Positions 23,401-37,130 of a DNA stretch of 64,000 nt are shown in pieces. The DNA comes from Sphagnum compactum (Eukaryota), in the NCBI GenBank assembly GCA_965153455.1, contig OZ234493.1, forward strand, positions 6,200,001 to 6,264,000. Direction: 5' to 3'. The notes under the pieces were generated by a model. That model had not been told where the DNA came from, made no database searches, and was given only the letters and a program-made list of their open reading frames with translations. Numbering within the stretch: the first letter of the stretch is position 1; each line of letters starts with the position of its first letter. The position numbers and the translations under genes are program-made.

Positions 23401-26400
23401 ATGTCCAAAGAGCGGAGCTTTGCTCTGGGAACGGAGGGACGAGGTGGGAGCAGCGTGAAAGGTGGTGGTGACGGGTCGCTGTTTCGGGATGGCTCGGAGA
23501 GCAAGAAGCGCTTGGATGATGTCGTGGAGAAACCGTCGCCTTCTACTTCCAAAGGAGGGATTGGGAAGGAGAAAGAGCGATTAGCTCTATCCACATCCTC
23601 CCTTGGTCGCCGCTTGCCGGCAATTGATTCCAGAGTCGAGCAGGATAAGAACAGGTACCAAGGTGAAGGTGCGCTTATCTGCTCCGTCTCATGTGTACAG
23701 CTTTTCATTTTGTACTCCATTTGTACCCTGCTAGCTTCACCTTAGTACAATTTCCTATGCCGTAGCATTTCGGTAAAATGGTTGCGAGATTAGGACCTAG
23801 TATCCCATGCTTTAGGGTGAGAGTCCCGGTCCTTCGGCTAGGGTGCTATGGATGTATCGTGTCCTGAGTTCTAAGTTCTTCTTTCTGTTGCATGGAGGTG
23901 CTCTGCTGGTCTAAGTGGTTCCCGTAGCTTACAACTTGAAATTTGCAGTAACCTAAGAATCGTGATGCAGCAAAGGTTGAGCTGCAATATTACTGTCTCT
24001 GTAGGTTGCGGGATCAGGAGTAGGGGAAAAACTTCCAATTCTTTTGAGATCTTGAACAGTGGGGTTTAGATGAAGCAAAGTTTGCAGTCTGACAGCAGCT
24101 CAATCTCATAACTGCTGTTTCCTACAACTTCTTTTCAGGGTACCTCTGGGGATTTGCTAGGTTGAAGTGTTGAAGTAGCTATGTACAATTTGTTCATCTT
24201 CCTGCTCTACCTGAAAGACAGCAGCTTTTGTGGAAGTTGCTCCAAATTCATCTGGATATGGTATCTGTGAGTGACTGGGGTTTTGCTAGAACTTCACAGT
24301 GACTGTCAGCTCAGATTTTATGTTGTGCAGTTGATCAACAATCCTGTATCTACTAAGGAGCAGTTTATCTTATTCGACAGGGAACATGACATTCAATCCT
24401 CTTACTATGCATGAAAAACTCTTGTTCTGAACTACTACTACCATGTGTATTGTTTTGCTTGTTTGCTTGTTCAGAGGAATCTAACACAGATACCGAGGAG
24501 TCTGATGTGAGTGCATCTGATGGGGAGGACACATCATGGATTTCCTGGTTCTGTGGCTTGAGAGGCAATGAATTCTTTTGCGAGGTTGATGATGAGTACA
24601 TCCAAGATGACTTCAATCTCAGTGGCCTCAGTAGCCAAGTGCCATATTACGATTATGCACTTGACCTCATTCTGGATGTTGAATCTCCTAACGGTATGTG
24701 CACATTTCTCCTTTAGTATTGTGAACTCATCAAGGGAGATTGTGACTAGGGACTTTTGGATCTGCACATATGTGTGAATGGGACAGTTGGTGATGTAGGC
24801 TAGGAGACTAAGATTTGAACAAGCAGTGAGGAGATTCAGTGTCTAGTTCTCCTTACCCATTAGTGCCTCCCACAAGTATGCTGAGGAGTTTTCATAACTG
24901 GAAGAAGAACTGTGAGTGCTACTGGTAAATTAAGTGCTGGCTGTCTTCACGCTTCACGGCTGAGTGGGCAGAAAATCAGCTGCCGATGGTGTAGGGTGCC
25001 TGACACATTTTTCATGGTCCCCTTTGTCATTTGTATGTCTAAGCAGTAGATGAGGTATGAGCTGTTGCAATTCTGATATGATTCTGTTTTAGACATCTGA
25101 GGTGTACCTCTGTCTCCAAGCATGTTCTATAAAACAAGGGAGGGTGACCACATCGGTAGAGCTGTCTTGTGCCCAGGATACAGTAGTTCAAATTTGTGCC
25201 TGTGAGGTGTGAACTGTTCGATTAATGTGTTGTGACTGCAGATGACATGTTGACTGAGGAGCAAAATGAAATGGTAGAGTCTGCTGCTGAGATGTTGTAT
25301 GGACTGATTCATGTGCGATACATTTTGACTAGCAAGGGGTTGGGTGCAATGGTATGCCTTATAACTGAGGTTCTTCTATGTTGATTTGCTTTCAACACAG
25401 CAGTGTGGATATTGGCTGAATCATGATTCATCACAACAGGATCCCACATGCCAGAGCTTCTCACTTTGTGATGCTCTGGTGGTGTGCAGCTGGAAAAATG
25501 CAAGAATGTTGACTTTGGCAGGTGCCCACGAGTCTACTGCTCAGGTCAACCTTGTCTGCCGATGGGCCAGTCAGATATCCCACGGACAAGTACTATAAAG
25601 ATTTATTGCCCGAAGTGTGAAGACATTTACTATCCCAGGTCAAAGTACCAGGGCAGTATCCTCTCCCCTTGTTGTGTATTTGGGGTGTCTATTCAACTGA
25701 ATAGCCATCATAGAGCCCTGAAAAAAATTGAATTTCAACTTTTAGGTTTCCCTGAAAGAAAGTGATAGTAAGCTCTGGGGAGCAAGTGATACTGATAACC
25801 TCTTCCTCGATGGAAGATACACATTTCTAGATATGATTGTGTTGCTAAGAACAGGATCTATGTCTAAAGGATTCTAGGGGTATTCCATTCTGATGGTCTT
25901 TATAGTAACATGGACTAGGTATAGGACTTTTGTTTTGGTGATTCACCTGATATCTCAGCATTTAAGACACCTTGTTTTCTCCCTGCAATGTTAAGGCAAA
26001 GACATTGCAAGAGCCTAACCTTCCGTGCTACCATGTCAGAGGTACATCACATCTGTGCTTGACATGGTTGTGATGTTGAGAGGGAATCTTTAGAGTGGTT
26101 ATGTTGAGCCATAGAGAAAATGAGCTCTTTATGCAGACCTAATCTCATAACTGTGTTAGTTAGATGTCACTTGATGTGCAAGAGGAATATGCACCTTGTT
26201 TCAGCCACTCTAATTGTGTCCTGGTTGTTGAGGTCCTCTCTTGTCATGTTTCTTGACTACAGATACAGATATTGATGGAGCATACTTTGGGACAACGTTT
26301 CCTCATCTTTTTCTGATGACATATCCTTACATAAAACCAGCAAAGCCAACTCAAAGCTATGTCCCTAGAATTTTTGGCTTCAAAATTCACAAGAATGCCT

Positions 26401-26405
26401 GTTAG
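23401..26405 (+). CDS. CKB: Casein kinase II regulatory (beta) subunit, 299 aa
   Basis: Exons 23401-23668, 24475-24693, 25242-25351, 25490-25655 and 26269-26405, total 900 nt, phase-consistent. Motifs: plant N-terminal extension, [47 protein letters not shown], zinc finger CPRVYC...CPKC, and [15 protein letters not shown]...[12 protein letters not shown]. An in-phase alternative exon 1 donor exists after 23662. Confidence 0.97.
25656..26268 (+). other. U12-type (minor spliceosome) GT-AG intron, last intron of CK2-beta
   Basis: The 5' site GTATCCTCT matches the U12 consensus RTATCCTT. Branch-like TTTCTTGAC has its A at 26256, 12 nt before the acceptor end, and no polypyrimidine tract follows. 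Confidence 0.85.
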
Positions 26406-27571
26406 TTTTGATCAATATAGACCTTGGCAAGTGTTCACATTGCATTTGCTCTGTTGCCCTTCCTGTTACTGTAGCAAATGTAGTCATAGTTGGCAGTTGG
26501 TAGTAATGTCCACGGCCGTGCTCTCATTTACTGCTGAAACTTCAAAAGTGACTAAAGAAGTTTGAGCATCCTTTTGTTATGTGTTCAGACTTGGGAGTTG
26601 CGAGGATTTAGTCAGAGCTTGAACTGAGTTGGTTTGGGATGAGGTGTAAGTATGTAGGCAGTCATCTCAAGTACTTTGCAGATGAGGAGGGACTCATCTA
26701 TGGATCAGAGTAGAATGTGGTGGAATAGATTGGTGTTGTAGATCCCAAGTCAGCAAGGGTGCCCTTCTTTTGCACTTGAGTATGCTAGTCCAGTAGCAGA
26801 AGATTGTCAATCACTCTGTTGAGGATGAATGAAAAGATTTCCTAGTATCCATGCAAATTGCACATTTGTGCTCCCCTCGCCACAGATCCAGATCAAATTT
26901 TTTTTTCTTCAATGAGGGATTTGTCAGTGAAGACATTCATGGTCCTGTCTTTTTGCTGTGTCTTGGTCATTGGGTCAAAGGACTGGGTTTGCATTCTGGA
27001 GACTTTCAATTGGTGTGTATGTATGTTGTCTTCTAGTGGTCACAAGTTTCTGCAAAATTTTCACTTCCCAATGTATTTTCTGCAAGATGTTTACATCTAC
27101 TTACAAAGGAGGGAAGAAGGGACCTGGCTCTGTTGCACTCAGGAAGTGGAACAGGAGTATGTGACTGGGAGATGGGTGGCAGCTGGAGGAAATGGTTTTG
27201 CGCCCTCCTAAAGATTTCAAATATCCCTCCTAGAGATTTCAACTATTGGAGCTGTTTTCGTTGGTTGGTAAAACACTTTGTGAATGGATGAGAGGTTACC
27301 ACTAGACAAAGAAATGGAGCAGCTTTGTGTTAAGGGTCCGTATATCCAACCCTTACATGCTGGTTCTTTCTTTGAAGAAGAGATAACTGCCCAACTTTGG
27401 TTATTACATCGGGCCGGGGCATGTCCTGTGGGTTTCCATTGTTCTTGGGCATGGGAATCCAAGCTCTTAACCTCATTTTCATGCTTGAGAACAATGGAAG
27501 CCCCAGTATAATGTTTGAAATCACGAACTCTCAAATCCCTCAAACTTCAACCCTATTGCTGCACAAGTTTG

Positions 27572-27773
27572 AAGTTTGAACGTGCCAACCCCCAACCAGA
27601 CTTCAACCCTAAAATCTAGAGTGGGATCCAATACTGGGGAGAATGCAAAGGGACTATGATCCTGAAAGAGTCGGTCCAGAAGGGCTTCCATTATAGGAAG
27701 GCATGGAATCAATATTGGTTCACATTCGAGATTTTCAATATGAGGTTTGGGTCATGTTGGTGTGTTCAAACTT
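27572..27773. mobile_element. Degenerate inverted-repeat element (old MITE candidate)
   Basis: aagtttgaacgtgccaac...ccagacttc versus gaggtttgg...gttggtgtgttcaaactt, with a 10-bp perfect core and imperfect extension. Confidence 0.4.
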
Positions 27774-30700
27774 GCAACACTAGGAATGAAAGTTTGAGGG
27801 AGTTTGCAATAAAATATGCATGGATATTTCCTTCTTTGTTCAGATCTACCTTTGGTACCATGACAGCTTCAACACCAATTATATTATTTTTAAAAAATGT
27901 TGGAATTTTCCAAAGAAATTTTTGTGTGAATGAAAATAGAGAGTCTTTCAGAATATCTTGTGGGAGGGGAGGGACAAGGGTTTAGAAACCCCTTATGTTC
28001 AGAGGTATAATTTGGCTACATAATTATAAATGGAACAAATGTTGTTACTTACCCTTGTTTATTTATAAATATAGTAAAGTTAGGCCATTGATAAATATAT
28101 TAACTGATTTTTATACACAAAAAATTCTTTAATTATAGTTTCAAATGCCTTATTCAATTTGGTATTTTTGAAAACAATTGAATGGATTCACCAAATGTAA
28201 GAGATGGAATTTCTCAATATGGTTTTGGTGAGCAAGCATGCAAAACTAGGTTTTAAAAGTATTCTCAGCATTGCAATCCTTTATTTTTATGTAAATGTAA
28301 AAAATTGAATTAAATATCTTTTCATGTATCATTATGAGGTCATCATGCATTTTATTAAATTTATAGTCAGTTGCATATCAAGTTTTTAAAATTTTAATAT
28401 AAGAAAAATATGTAATAAATAGGTTTTAAACTAGCCAAGTAAATGTGCGAAAACTTATTTTTAAATCAAAATTTTGACAAAATATGATCTTTAAGTTGAA
28501 CTTTTTAAAAATAATTAATACATTTGAATGTGTCATCAACTTCAAATTACCAAAAATCTAATTAAAATCTTACTTTCATTCACTTAAAATTTATTTGGGA
28601 CACTTACTTGCATTTTCAAATATATATTTAAATATATTTTTAAAAATTAATATTATTATATATATAAATTAAATTATCCTATTGATCATTAAATTAAAAA
28701 TTATTTCAAAATTTTCTATATTAAAATTTATTTTATGACTACTTTCACTAAAAAAAGAAGGATCACACATTGGCCTAATTTAATATGTTTGCACCTTTTG
28801 ATAAATGTTTTTAAGCACACAACAATGATTGAACATGTATAAGCACAAGATCAACTTAATTAGTGTATTATTATTTTTCAAAATTTTCCCCCTAATCATT
28901 CTTTCATATCAAGGTTTTGACAATATGAAAAAGTTGGGATTTACTTGGTATTTTTTAATACAAGAAAGATAGAGTCATTGCATGCACAAAAAACCTAAAT
29001 AGTTCATTTTGATTATTTGTAACTATTGTCAAATTTTTGTCAACAAAAGGGAAATCATGATTTGGGAGGTAGTTCATCCATAGAATTGCCCCACACACAC
29101 ACATACACGATGTGGAAACAATGTCCACATAAGTAAAAAAACTTGTTTCCAATGTCCATGTGTAATTAAGGGTTAATTAATATGGAAGTTCACTTTTAAT
29201 GTTAACACCTAAGAACAATGGCCTGGAAGTTTCAAATTAAATTGAACATCAAGGTGTTCCAAACATTGTATTGTGCTCACATTATTTTCTTCATTTAATT
29301 TTTGAAATTGTAATACAATGTCATAATTTTTATGATTGAAATGTTAACCAATGGCATCTTTATCCCTACAATGTGTTCCCAAATAGGTTTCTTTTTGGTC
29401 AACATAGATTCACATCCAAAATCAAATGTTCACTGAACTAGTTCATCTACATTCAACAATGAAACCAATTCTCTAACAAAAGCACAAGTTATGTGAAAAA
29501 TGAAGGATTATTGGGTGAATTAATTTCTGAAATCAACTTCATTTCTTTGGTGAGTTGTGTCATCCTGCATGTTCAACACATCGATCAAATATATTATGTA
29601 GTATGAATTCATCCGTGTTGCAAATAAGTACATTTCTATTTTCTGGTCAAGTAATGATGCACTTGAAATAGATTCACATTTTTGGGGCGTAACCTAAGTC
29701 ATGTACAAGATTCCAAATTCATGCAATACACAACTCATGACAAGTAAACACAAAAATGCTTATTGATCGACAAAGGTATTAACCTTGTTGCGATGAGTGA
29801 AGAAATTGTAGGCTTAATGTGATGGGCGCCAACATATTTGCCATGAACATGCCTAGATAAAGGTCATGCAAGAAAAATTGTATGGAGGTTAGTTTAATCG
29901 TGTGATTTACTTGTAGCATGCTCTTTTCATTGGTTTGAAATTATTGTTGAGCTTGTCTTTCTATACCTTTAATGTAAGCAAAACCCATGCAACTCCATTA
30001 TGCTTTGTTCAACAAAATGATTATGAATACACTAGGAATCAAGATGTTGTTCAAGGACAAATTATTGAAATGCAAGTAATTAATTTAACATGTCCATGAC
30101 AACAATGAGAACAAAAGTAGATTGATTTCATGACTTATTAAAAAAAACAACTTTGGAATCTTAATATAAATATCCTATGTTTAAAATACAAAGATTATGT
30201 GCATGTCCATTCAGACATAACATATTATAGACATTAATTATCAACAAAAAGACAACATAAAATAAAAGCCTCGTACCACTCTCTACAACCACAATTATCA
30301 TTTAAACAATGTTGAACACAAGAAGATATGCTATCACTTTGGTTCCCAATGTTGCAACGTTCATTTGTGATGCTTAAATTCATTCCACCTTGAGGCATAG
30401 AAAGCTGTTCACCCACTTCATCATGACGTAAGATAATTTTCTTAATCTCAAAACAAAAGCCAACTTGTTTCTATTAAGTTAAAAGGTCTTGCATGGTGAT
30501 AGTGTATCCATTAAAAATATTAATGTTTTTTTACATCAAATTTTGCACATTTTAGCACCCATATTAGTGTGTTGAAAACAGAAGAAATTACACAACCATT
30601 TGTGGTAGGAGCTTCTTCAATTGTAATAACTTGTTACGATATTTTTTAGTCATGTTATTAGTTAAGATATTCACAAGAACTTACTTTCATGGTGTTCTCA

Positions 30701-33682
30701 CAAGCATTTACACAAGCATCACATCTGCAATTCCATAAGCTAGAATTTTAGATCACTTACGTATCATGGGCATTCAATTTAATTTCTTATGCAAATAATA
30801 CATTTAAAAATCAAAATTCACTAAATATTTGAAAATTGACAATAAGTTTTTTAATGTGATTTTATTCTAACCTGCAACATGGACAAGATTTTGCAATTTG
30901 ATTATTTGTCTTTGTTGAATTCTCATTGTTTTTACAATTCAATTCAATGTGCATGTTGTCACGAATGACGATGGATGTAGTAGGTCCATTCCCTACATTT
31001 CGAATCACACAAGACCTTTGTTTGCCTTCCTCTCCATATGGCAAACTTGATAGTTGGGTGGGACTTATAGAAATTGTAAATCTCTGACCACCACAATGCT
31101 TAACACAAATGGTATTCTTGGGCCGAATGGTTGAAGATTTAGGAAGATTATTACATCTACTATTTGGCCTAGGGGAAGGTGATCTTTGATTGCATCTAAC
31201 TTTTGTTGTAGGTGATGTGAGGTGTATCAAATCAGATTGGCAACATGTCATCGTTTTTTCCCTTTGTCCAATTTCAAATGGTTATCCAAAGGGTCCCATT
31301 TCCACACAACTTACAACTATTGATAAAAAAAAGCCTACCATTAACTTTCCAACTCTTTTGTGTTGTGATGTGGAATTATGACTAGAGGAATGAGATGAGT
31401 TTGGAAATACATTTTTAGAACTTTGTCAAACAAAACTGTATGAATCCCATGACTTTGTTAATGATTCATTAGATTTTGCAATTCCTTTTCCAAATTTGAA
31501 GATTACATGGTCTTTTAGTTCTATACATGCCACAATTGAATTTAGAATGATATAATAGAGAGGAAAGGAGTATGTGGCCACATATTAGTGGATAGTCACA
31601 CTTCACAAGCTTAGTTGATCATACCAACATGACCAAAAATTGTCATCGTCCAAATACAAATCCTTTATAAAAATAAAACCAAATTCACATAAACTCTAAT
31701 TAGTAGATTCTTTTCTCTTTTGATAATCCCGCCATTTCAACAAACACGAATGTGCTTCTTTTGTACTTCATGATGGTACTTTGTCAATCTTTAATTTATT
31801 GTTTTCCTTTACATTGATTGGCTTTGTGATGATGGAAACCTTGAACCTTCCCCAAAAAAAAGAAAGTCCAAGAATGTAAGTAGCTTCTATGGAAAGTTTT
31901 TGGAAATGCTCCTTGTGAAGTGAAACATGTTTCAAAAGTAAAATAGTTTTAACAAGGATCTTGAATTAGTGTTTTCTTCCAACACTCCAACACAAAGATC
32001 AATTTATATTCTTGCTAAGTCTTAAATTGCAAGACATCATTCATAGTGTACATAGATGGATTGGAGGCCTTCCAAAAAAACATTACCTCAATGTAGAATC
32101 CTATTCATTTATGAATGCATTATGTGGTTGTTCATAATGCAACATTTAGTTCAATTCACTTATGATGGTTGAAGCCACTTGCTTGTGACATGTCATGCCT
32201 TGGGTGAGGTGGTTACACCTTTGGCTTTGTTCAATTGCGCGCGGCTACACAAGCCCTTTCACACCTACTTGTTTAACCATCCCTTCCATGGGATTCACAT
32301 GCACCTTCCAAGTCCCTTGTCCTTTCAATTGAATATTTTTAACAACCCTCCCCCCCTTTATTTTACAGGTTTTAAGATGTGGCCATGAAAGTTTTAAATT
32401 GGGTCTTTGTATTTATTTGTTTCATTTTCTTTGGGTGAAGGTTAAGAAGGGTGACATGATGTTTTTGATATTTGGATGCTTGGTCATTTGGTGAACCCTA
32501 TAGTTTCATAATCTTTTAATTGGGTTATTCAAATAACGATTATTTTCCTGATCAAATTTCATCCAGTGATTTGTTTCATTTCATTTATTTTATAAATATC
32601 CAATTTGGTCAATATAGGGCAAAATGGCAGGTCACTATGTGTTCAAAGGTGTTGTGAAGTTCCACAATGGTGTTGTTATTTATGTTGACAATGTTCCCAT
32701 TATGCTTACCAAATTCAAAAATCATATCTAAGGAAAGGTTTGAAATTTTTTGTGAGGAAGCAATTTAAGTGTGTGAAACAATTTGAAATGATGAGTGAAT
32801 GGACAGAGCTTGGGAGATTTTTGATTGAAAAATCATGACAACATGACATCAAAAATATATTAGTGCAATATGATTTAACGCAAATGCTTAACATGTATCA
32901 TATTTAGGTCCAAAATCATGTAATTGTGGCACAAATGTGTCTTATAATGTAGTTGATATGTGCACCACTCAATTTTTTCCCCCATATGTTGATTCCACTT
33001 GTTCAGGCACAATGTTGGGGTGACAAGATTTTCTTTTCCTTTTTTGGTGATTGGTTTATGTTATTACTATAATTCATTGCTTTTACTTTTATTTTATCTT
33101 TTCACATGGATGTCAAAGATCCGTAATGCCCTGGCCCAAAATAAGTACACTAATAATGGAAGGCTTTACAAAAAGTAATTTCCCTCCTTAGAACAAGCCG
33201 GGAGGAAAATTATGAATTGTTTAGGTATCAAGAGATTCTCCCACTTCTTCATCAAGAGATTTCATTTTTCATCTCCACTCAATGACTTTTTTTCATCCTG
33301 AAAATGGGCTAGGTGCATTAAGTTGGGTAACTCCCTGGGAGGAGGGAGTTCTTGAAATAATTCACATGTGCTCACCCCTTGAGGGAGATTATTTCATGAA
33401 TTCCCTTCTCCTAGGGTGTTACCCTACACATTCAGACCTACAATTGATCTTAAACAACTTTTATTGGAGTATTTTGATGAAATTAATCTTTTGTGATAAA
33501 ATGACCTTGGTGGCATGTTGGAGCTCATTAACAACAAAACAAACATTACTTGTGAAGCTTATTCACACAAAACGGATAAAGATGTGATAGAAACGAGATA
33601 GCGATACAATTAAGAAATTTTGAAGGTTATAAGGCAATTCCCAGTAAGGATGCGGTTATCGTTAATATCAGGGGGTACATTA

Positions 33683-34062
33683 GGGCCACAGTGAACCAAC
33701 ACCCACCAACGCACCATGAAGGATGAATGGTAAAATGGTTAGAAAACAATTTTCTGTTGAGTTCCAGTTCCCTAGCTAACCATGGTGGTTTAGCTTAGTT
33801 ATTTTATTTCTACCTACCTACTAACAATCCATAAGCAGGTTGTTAGTAGGTAGGTAATAAAAACAGCCCTTAGCTATGTATAAACCATCTACTTACCTAG
33901 AAGTTGCCTATTTTCCTACCTATCTTCCTATATACAAGACTTATTTCTTACAAAATTGGTTATCAAGATGAAACCAAATATTAATTCAGTTGAAGTTCAT
34001 CCATAATTGAGTAATAATGGACATCCAGTGGATGGTGCGCCGACGGGTACTGGTTCATTGTG
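33683..34062. mobile_element. MITE-like TIR element, about 380 bp
   Basis: Imperfect ~30-bp inverted repeats cacagtgaaccaacacccaccaacgcaccat and atggtgcgccgacgggtactggttcattgtg, with tta on both flanks. The interior is rich in ctacctac/gtaggtag motifs. Confidence 0.7.
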
Positions 34063-34199
34063 TTACAAAAATGTGTAATAAATGTTGAAGTCCAAAATAA
34101 ACCCAACTTAAAATGGGGAACATGTGGTTGTTTCATAAATTGCTACCTTAAATCTTGAAGACCAAAACAACACCTTAATAAAAAATGGGATAAATTATG

Positions 34200-37130
34200 C
34201 GATTCCTTAATTTGTGTCACTACTAGAGGGGGATGGGATCCCATTGGCCTTGCTATATCACACCGATGTGACCTTTGCATTATGGGCGTGTTGTTGCATA
34301 AATCTTGCGATTGGCTAATGTTATGTCCATAACATCAGCCACAAACACTTCCTTCGTGGTGCTTCGAACCCTAAAACAAAGAACACAATACAATAAATAT
34401 TACATATGAATTTTAAAACTTGAAATTAAAATAAAATTCAGTATGGCATTGTTGGAAATTTTTCGACCGTGAATCATTTTTGAATCATAGTATTATGTAA
34501 GAAGGCCAATCTCCTTATGCTGCACTGTCTTATTTGATGTAGATTTCCAATCGCGCTCCATCCAAGCGCCTTTGAGTGCCTTTGCATACTCGGCTCGAGT
34601 TGTTCAAATCACAAGTGCAAGGTCCTCATTGCGCTCTAACTTGGCTTGGCACATTGAATGGCATGGTCCGCACACCCCATGCAATCATACCAAGAAACTG
34701 AAAAATGTGGCTAAAAATTAGCCTCACAAGTGTGGGTTTAGGCAATTAGTGTGTATTGCAAATCAACCTGGAACCTATCCCACTCCAAGAATGCATGTTT
34801 TTTAGCCTTAACAATAGCCTTTTGCTCATTGTGACGAAACCGAGCTAAAGGTTGCTCAAGACCCGTGCATTCATTGCTACATGATCTTGAACCTTCAAGC
34901 CCTGCTCTTGAATAAATGGGCATCCGGGCTTGTTCGGTTGCATGGTAACATTGTGACACGTTCGCAAATGCCACACTAAGTTGTAATTGGGCATATGAGA
35001 TGCATCACACCCATCAACCCTACAAGCAAATTTGGGCCCATCCCTTGCCCAATGGACACCTTCTATGGCAACTTTGGGTGGGGGGGGGCAATCACATTTG
35101 AAATTAATAAACAAAAGCAAAAACCTAATGTGAGACAAAATATTCTAAATGAAGGTTATCCCCTAAACCATGAAGGTATTGCATAGATAGATAAAAGATT
35201 ATAACACAAGATTAAGGTATGACATAAAAAGAAAAAAAGAAAAAAACATTAAATGAAGGTATTGCACAGAAAAAATAAAACACTAAATGAGGGTATTGCT
35301 AAACTCTAGTATTGAAATTTGCATAAAATGAAGCAAATCTTAAAAATAACAATATCACCTACAAAGCCTAAAGGTATCGCCTATAAACTTAGACCAAAAA
35401 AAAATACCCCACCTACCTATTCACATGGAGAAGGAAGGTGGGACATGCAAAGGTTTGAGGACCACAATTAAGGAAGGTATTGCAATCACACATTTGACAA
35501 AAAAAAACCCCACCCATCCTCTCCACTTGAAAGGATGGGTGGGTAATAATTATAATAAGCGAAGTTCATTGGCTATGTCACCTCTATCAATATGTGCATC
35601 AACATCCTCATTTGCATTCTTGTTCCGGCAATGGAGGAGCAAGAACTACATTTTCTTGGACCTTTGTTATCAAGATAGTTCTTTCCAAATCCATCTCAAC
35701 TTGATCATCATCTCCATTAGACGTTTCCCCAACATCTTCACTCGCTTGCATTTCTTCCTCCTCAACAATCTCACTTGCAACCAATGGAACCACATTCTCA
35801 ACACTTGTTTACTGCCCCATCGCCAGTAATTCATTTAGTAACACTAGGAACTATTTTAATTCCTAGATCATTTTGCATTCTCTCACCAGCTATGCGAATG
35901 TAAAACAGAAGACCGCAAGGAGCCTACAATCAACAACTAAAAAGATTTGATGATGATGAATGCTTGTCAGTTGATGCGAGACAAACACCCATGTTTTTAC
36001 AATTGTGATATGGCACCTCCTTTTCAGTTGTGAAGAAGACGACGAGTTGCGCTCATCATCCTCTTTCACATTTGCAAAAAAAAAGAAAAAAGGATGACGA
36101 ACAATCCTGCTGTTTGTCGTCCTCCTTCACAACTACAAAAGAAAAAAAATAAAATGATGACAAGTAGCCACGTTACTCGTCATTGTCCTTTCGCTTTTAA
36201 AAAATAATTAGAACAACGGCATTGCTACTCGTTGTCATTGTCGGGTGCCAGCCCCATCTTGAAAAGGATGATGAATTACACTCCTTGTCTTGTTTCACAA
36301 TTGAAAAAAAAAACAAGAAATGATGACAAACAACGTGATCTCGTCTTGTTTCACAATTGCAAAAAAACAAAAAACAAAAACAAAAACGAGCAACATGGTT
36401 ATTCATCATCAGTCTCTTACTAACCATAGGAGAACAACAATAAGCAACATAACTGCTCGTTGTCGTTTTTTCATGCCTACAACCCATAATAGAACAACGA
36501 TGAACAACTATGTTGTTCGTCATCATTTTTTCTCGCTTGCAACCCCTAGCAAAACAATGATGAGTAGCGCAATTGCTCGTTGTCATTTTGAGCACCTGCA
36601 AAACAAAAGAAGAGGATGACGATGGCACCGACGATGCCGTCATCATCTTCTTCACAACAAAAGGGAAAAAAAAGAGAGAAATGGAACTTACCTTCAAGCT
36701 CCCACTTTAGCTCCTCTTGCTTTCACGCTCTTGTTGCCACCACATTGAAGCTCCTGACGACGAGCAGCAACCCTAAAGCTCCCAGCTCCTCTTGCTTTTG
36801 TGCTCCAACTACCACTATGTCGAAGCTCCTAACAACGAGCAGCACTCCTGAAGCTCTGGCGATGGAAGTGAGCGCAAAAGGAGGTGGGTGGGGAGGGGGC
36901 CAGCAGGATGACGGAGGTAGGTGGGTTGGTAGGAAGAATGGGGTAGGTGGTTTAGGGTTTAGGGTATAGGTTTGGAAGGTAGGTAGGAGCTTCCCCAAAA
37001 AAAAAACTTGGGGTCAGGGGTGGGCCAAAAAAAAGGTGATAATAAAATTGTTGCCAGAAAAAAAAATCTGCTGACCAAGTAAACTGACCCATGGGGGACA
37101 GTTTCATCCCATCCATGAGATCCCAAAGTT
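34200..37130 (-). mobile_element. Unclassified repetitive element with a disrupted C2H2-type zinc-finger ORF and subterminal repeats
   Basis: The minus strand at about 35090-34740 gives FACRVDGCDASHMPNYNLVWHLRTCH (C-x4-C...H-x4-H), and the frame then breaks near 34850. Degenerate gatgacga...ctcgtc repeats lie at 36030-36660, and a telomere-like tttagggtttagggt at about 36951. Boundaries are approximate. Confidence 0.4.

Noticed and set aside
26851..27543. ORFs of 60-117 aa downstream of CK2-beta
   Set aside because: No recognisable motifs or splice structure. They are probably chance ORFs in 3' flanking DNA.
28000..33600. Possible decayed transposase in AT-rich DNA
   Set aside because: It looks TE-derived, but I could not recognise a diagnostic motif, so no family call was made.
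36951..36973. Telomere or chromosome-fusion site
   Set aside because: Only 2-3 imperfect TTTAGGG units, and similar short motifs at about 13925 and 49080 are common interstitially.
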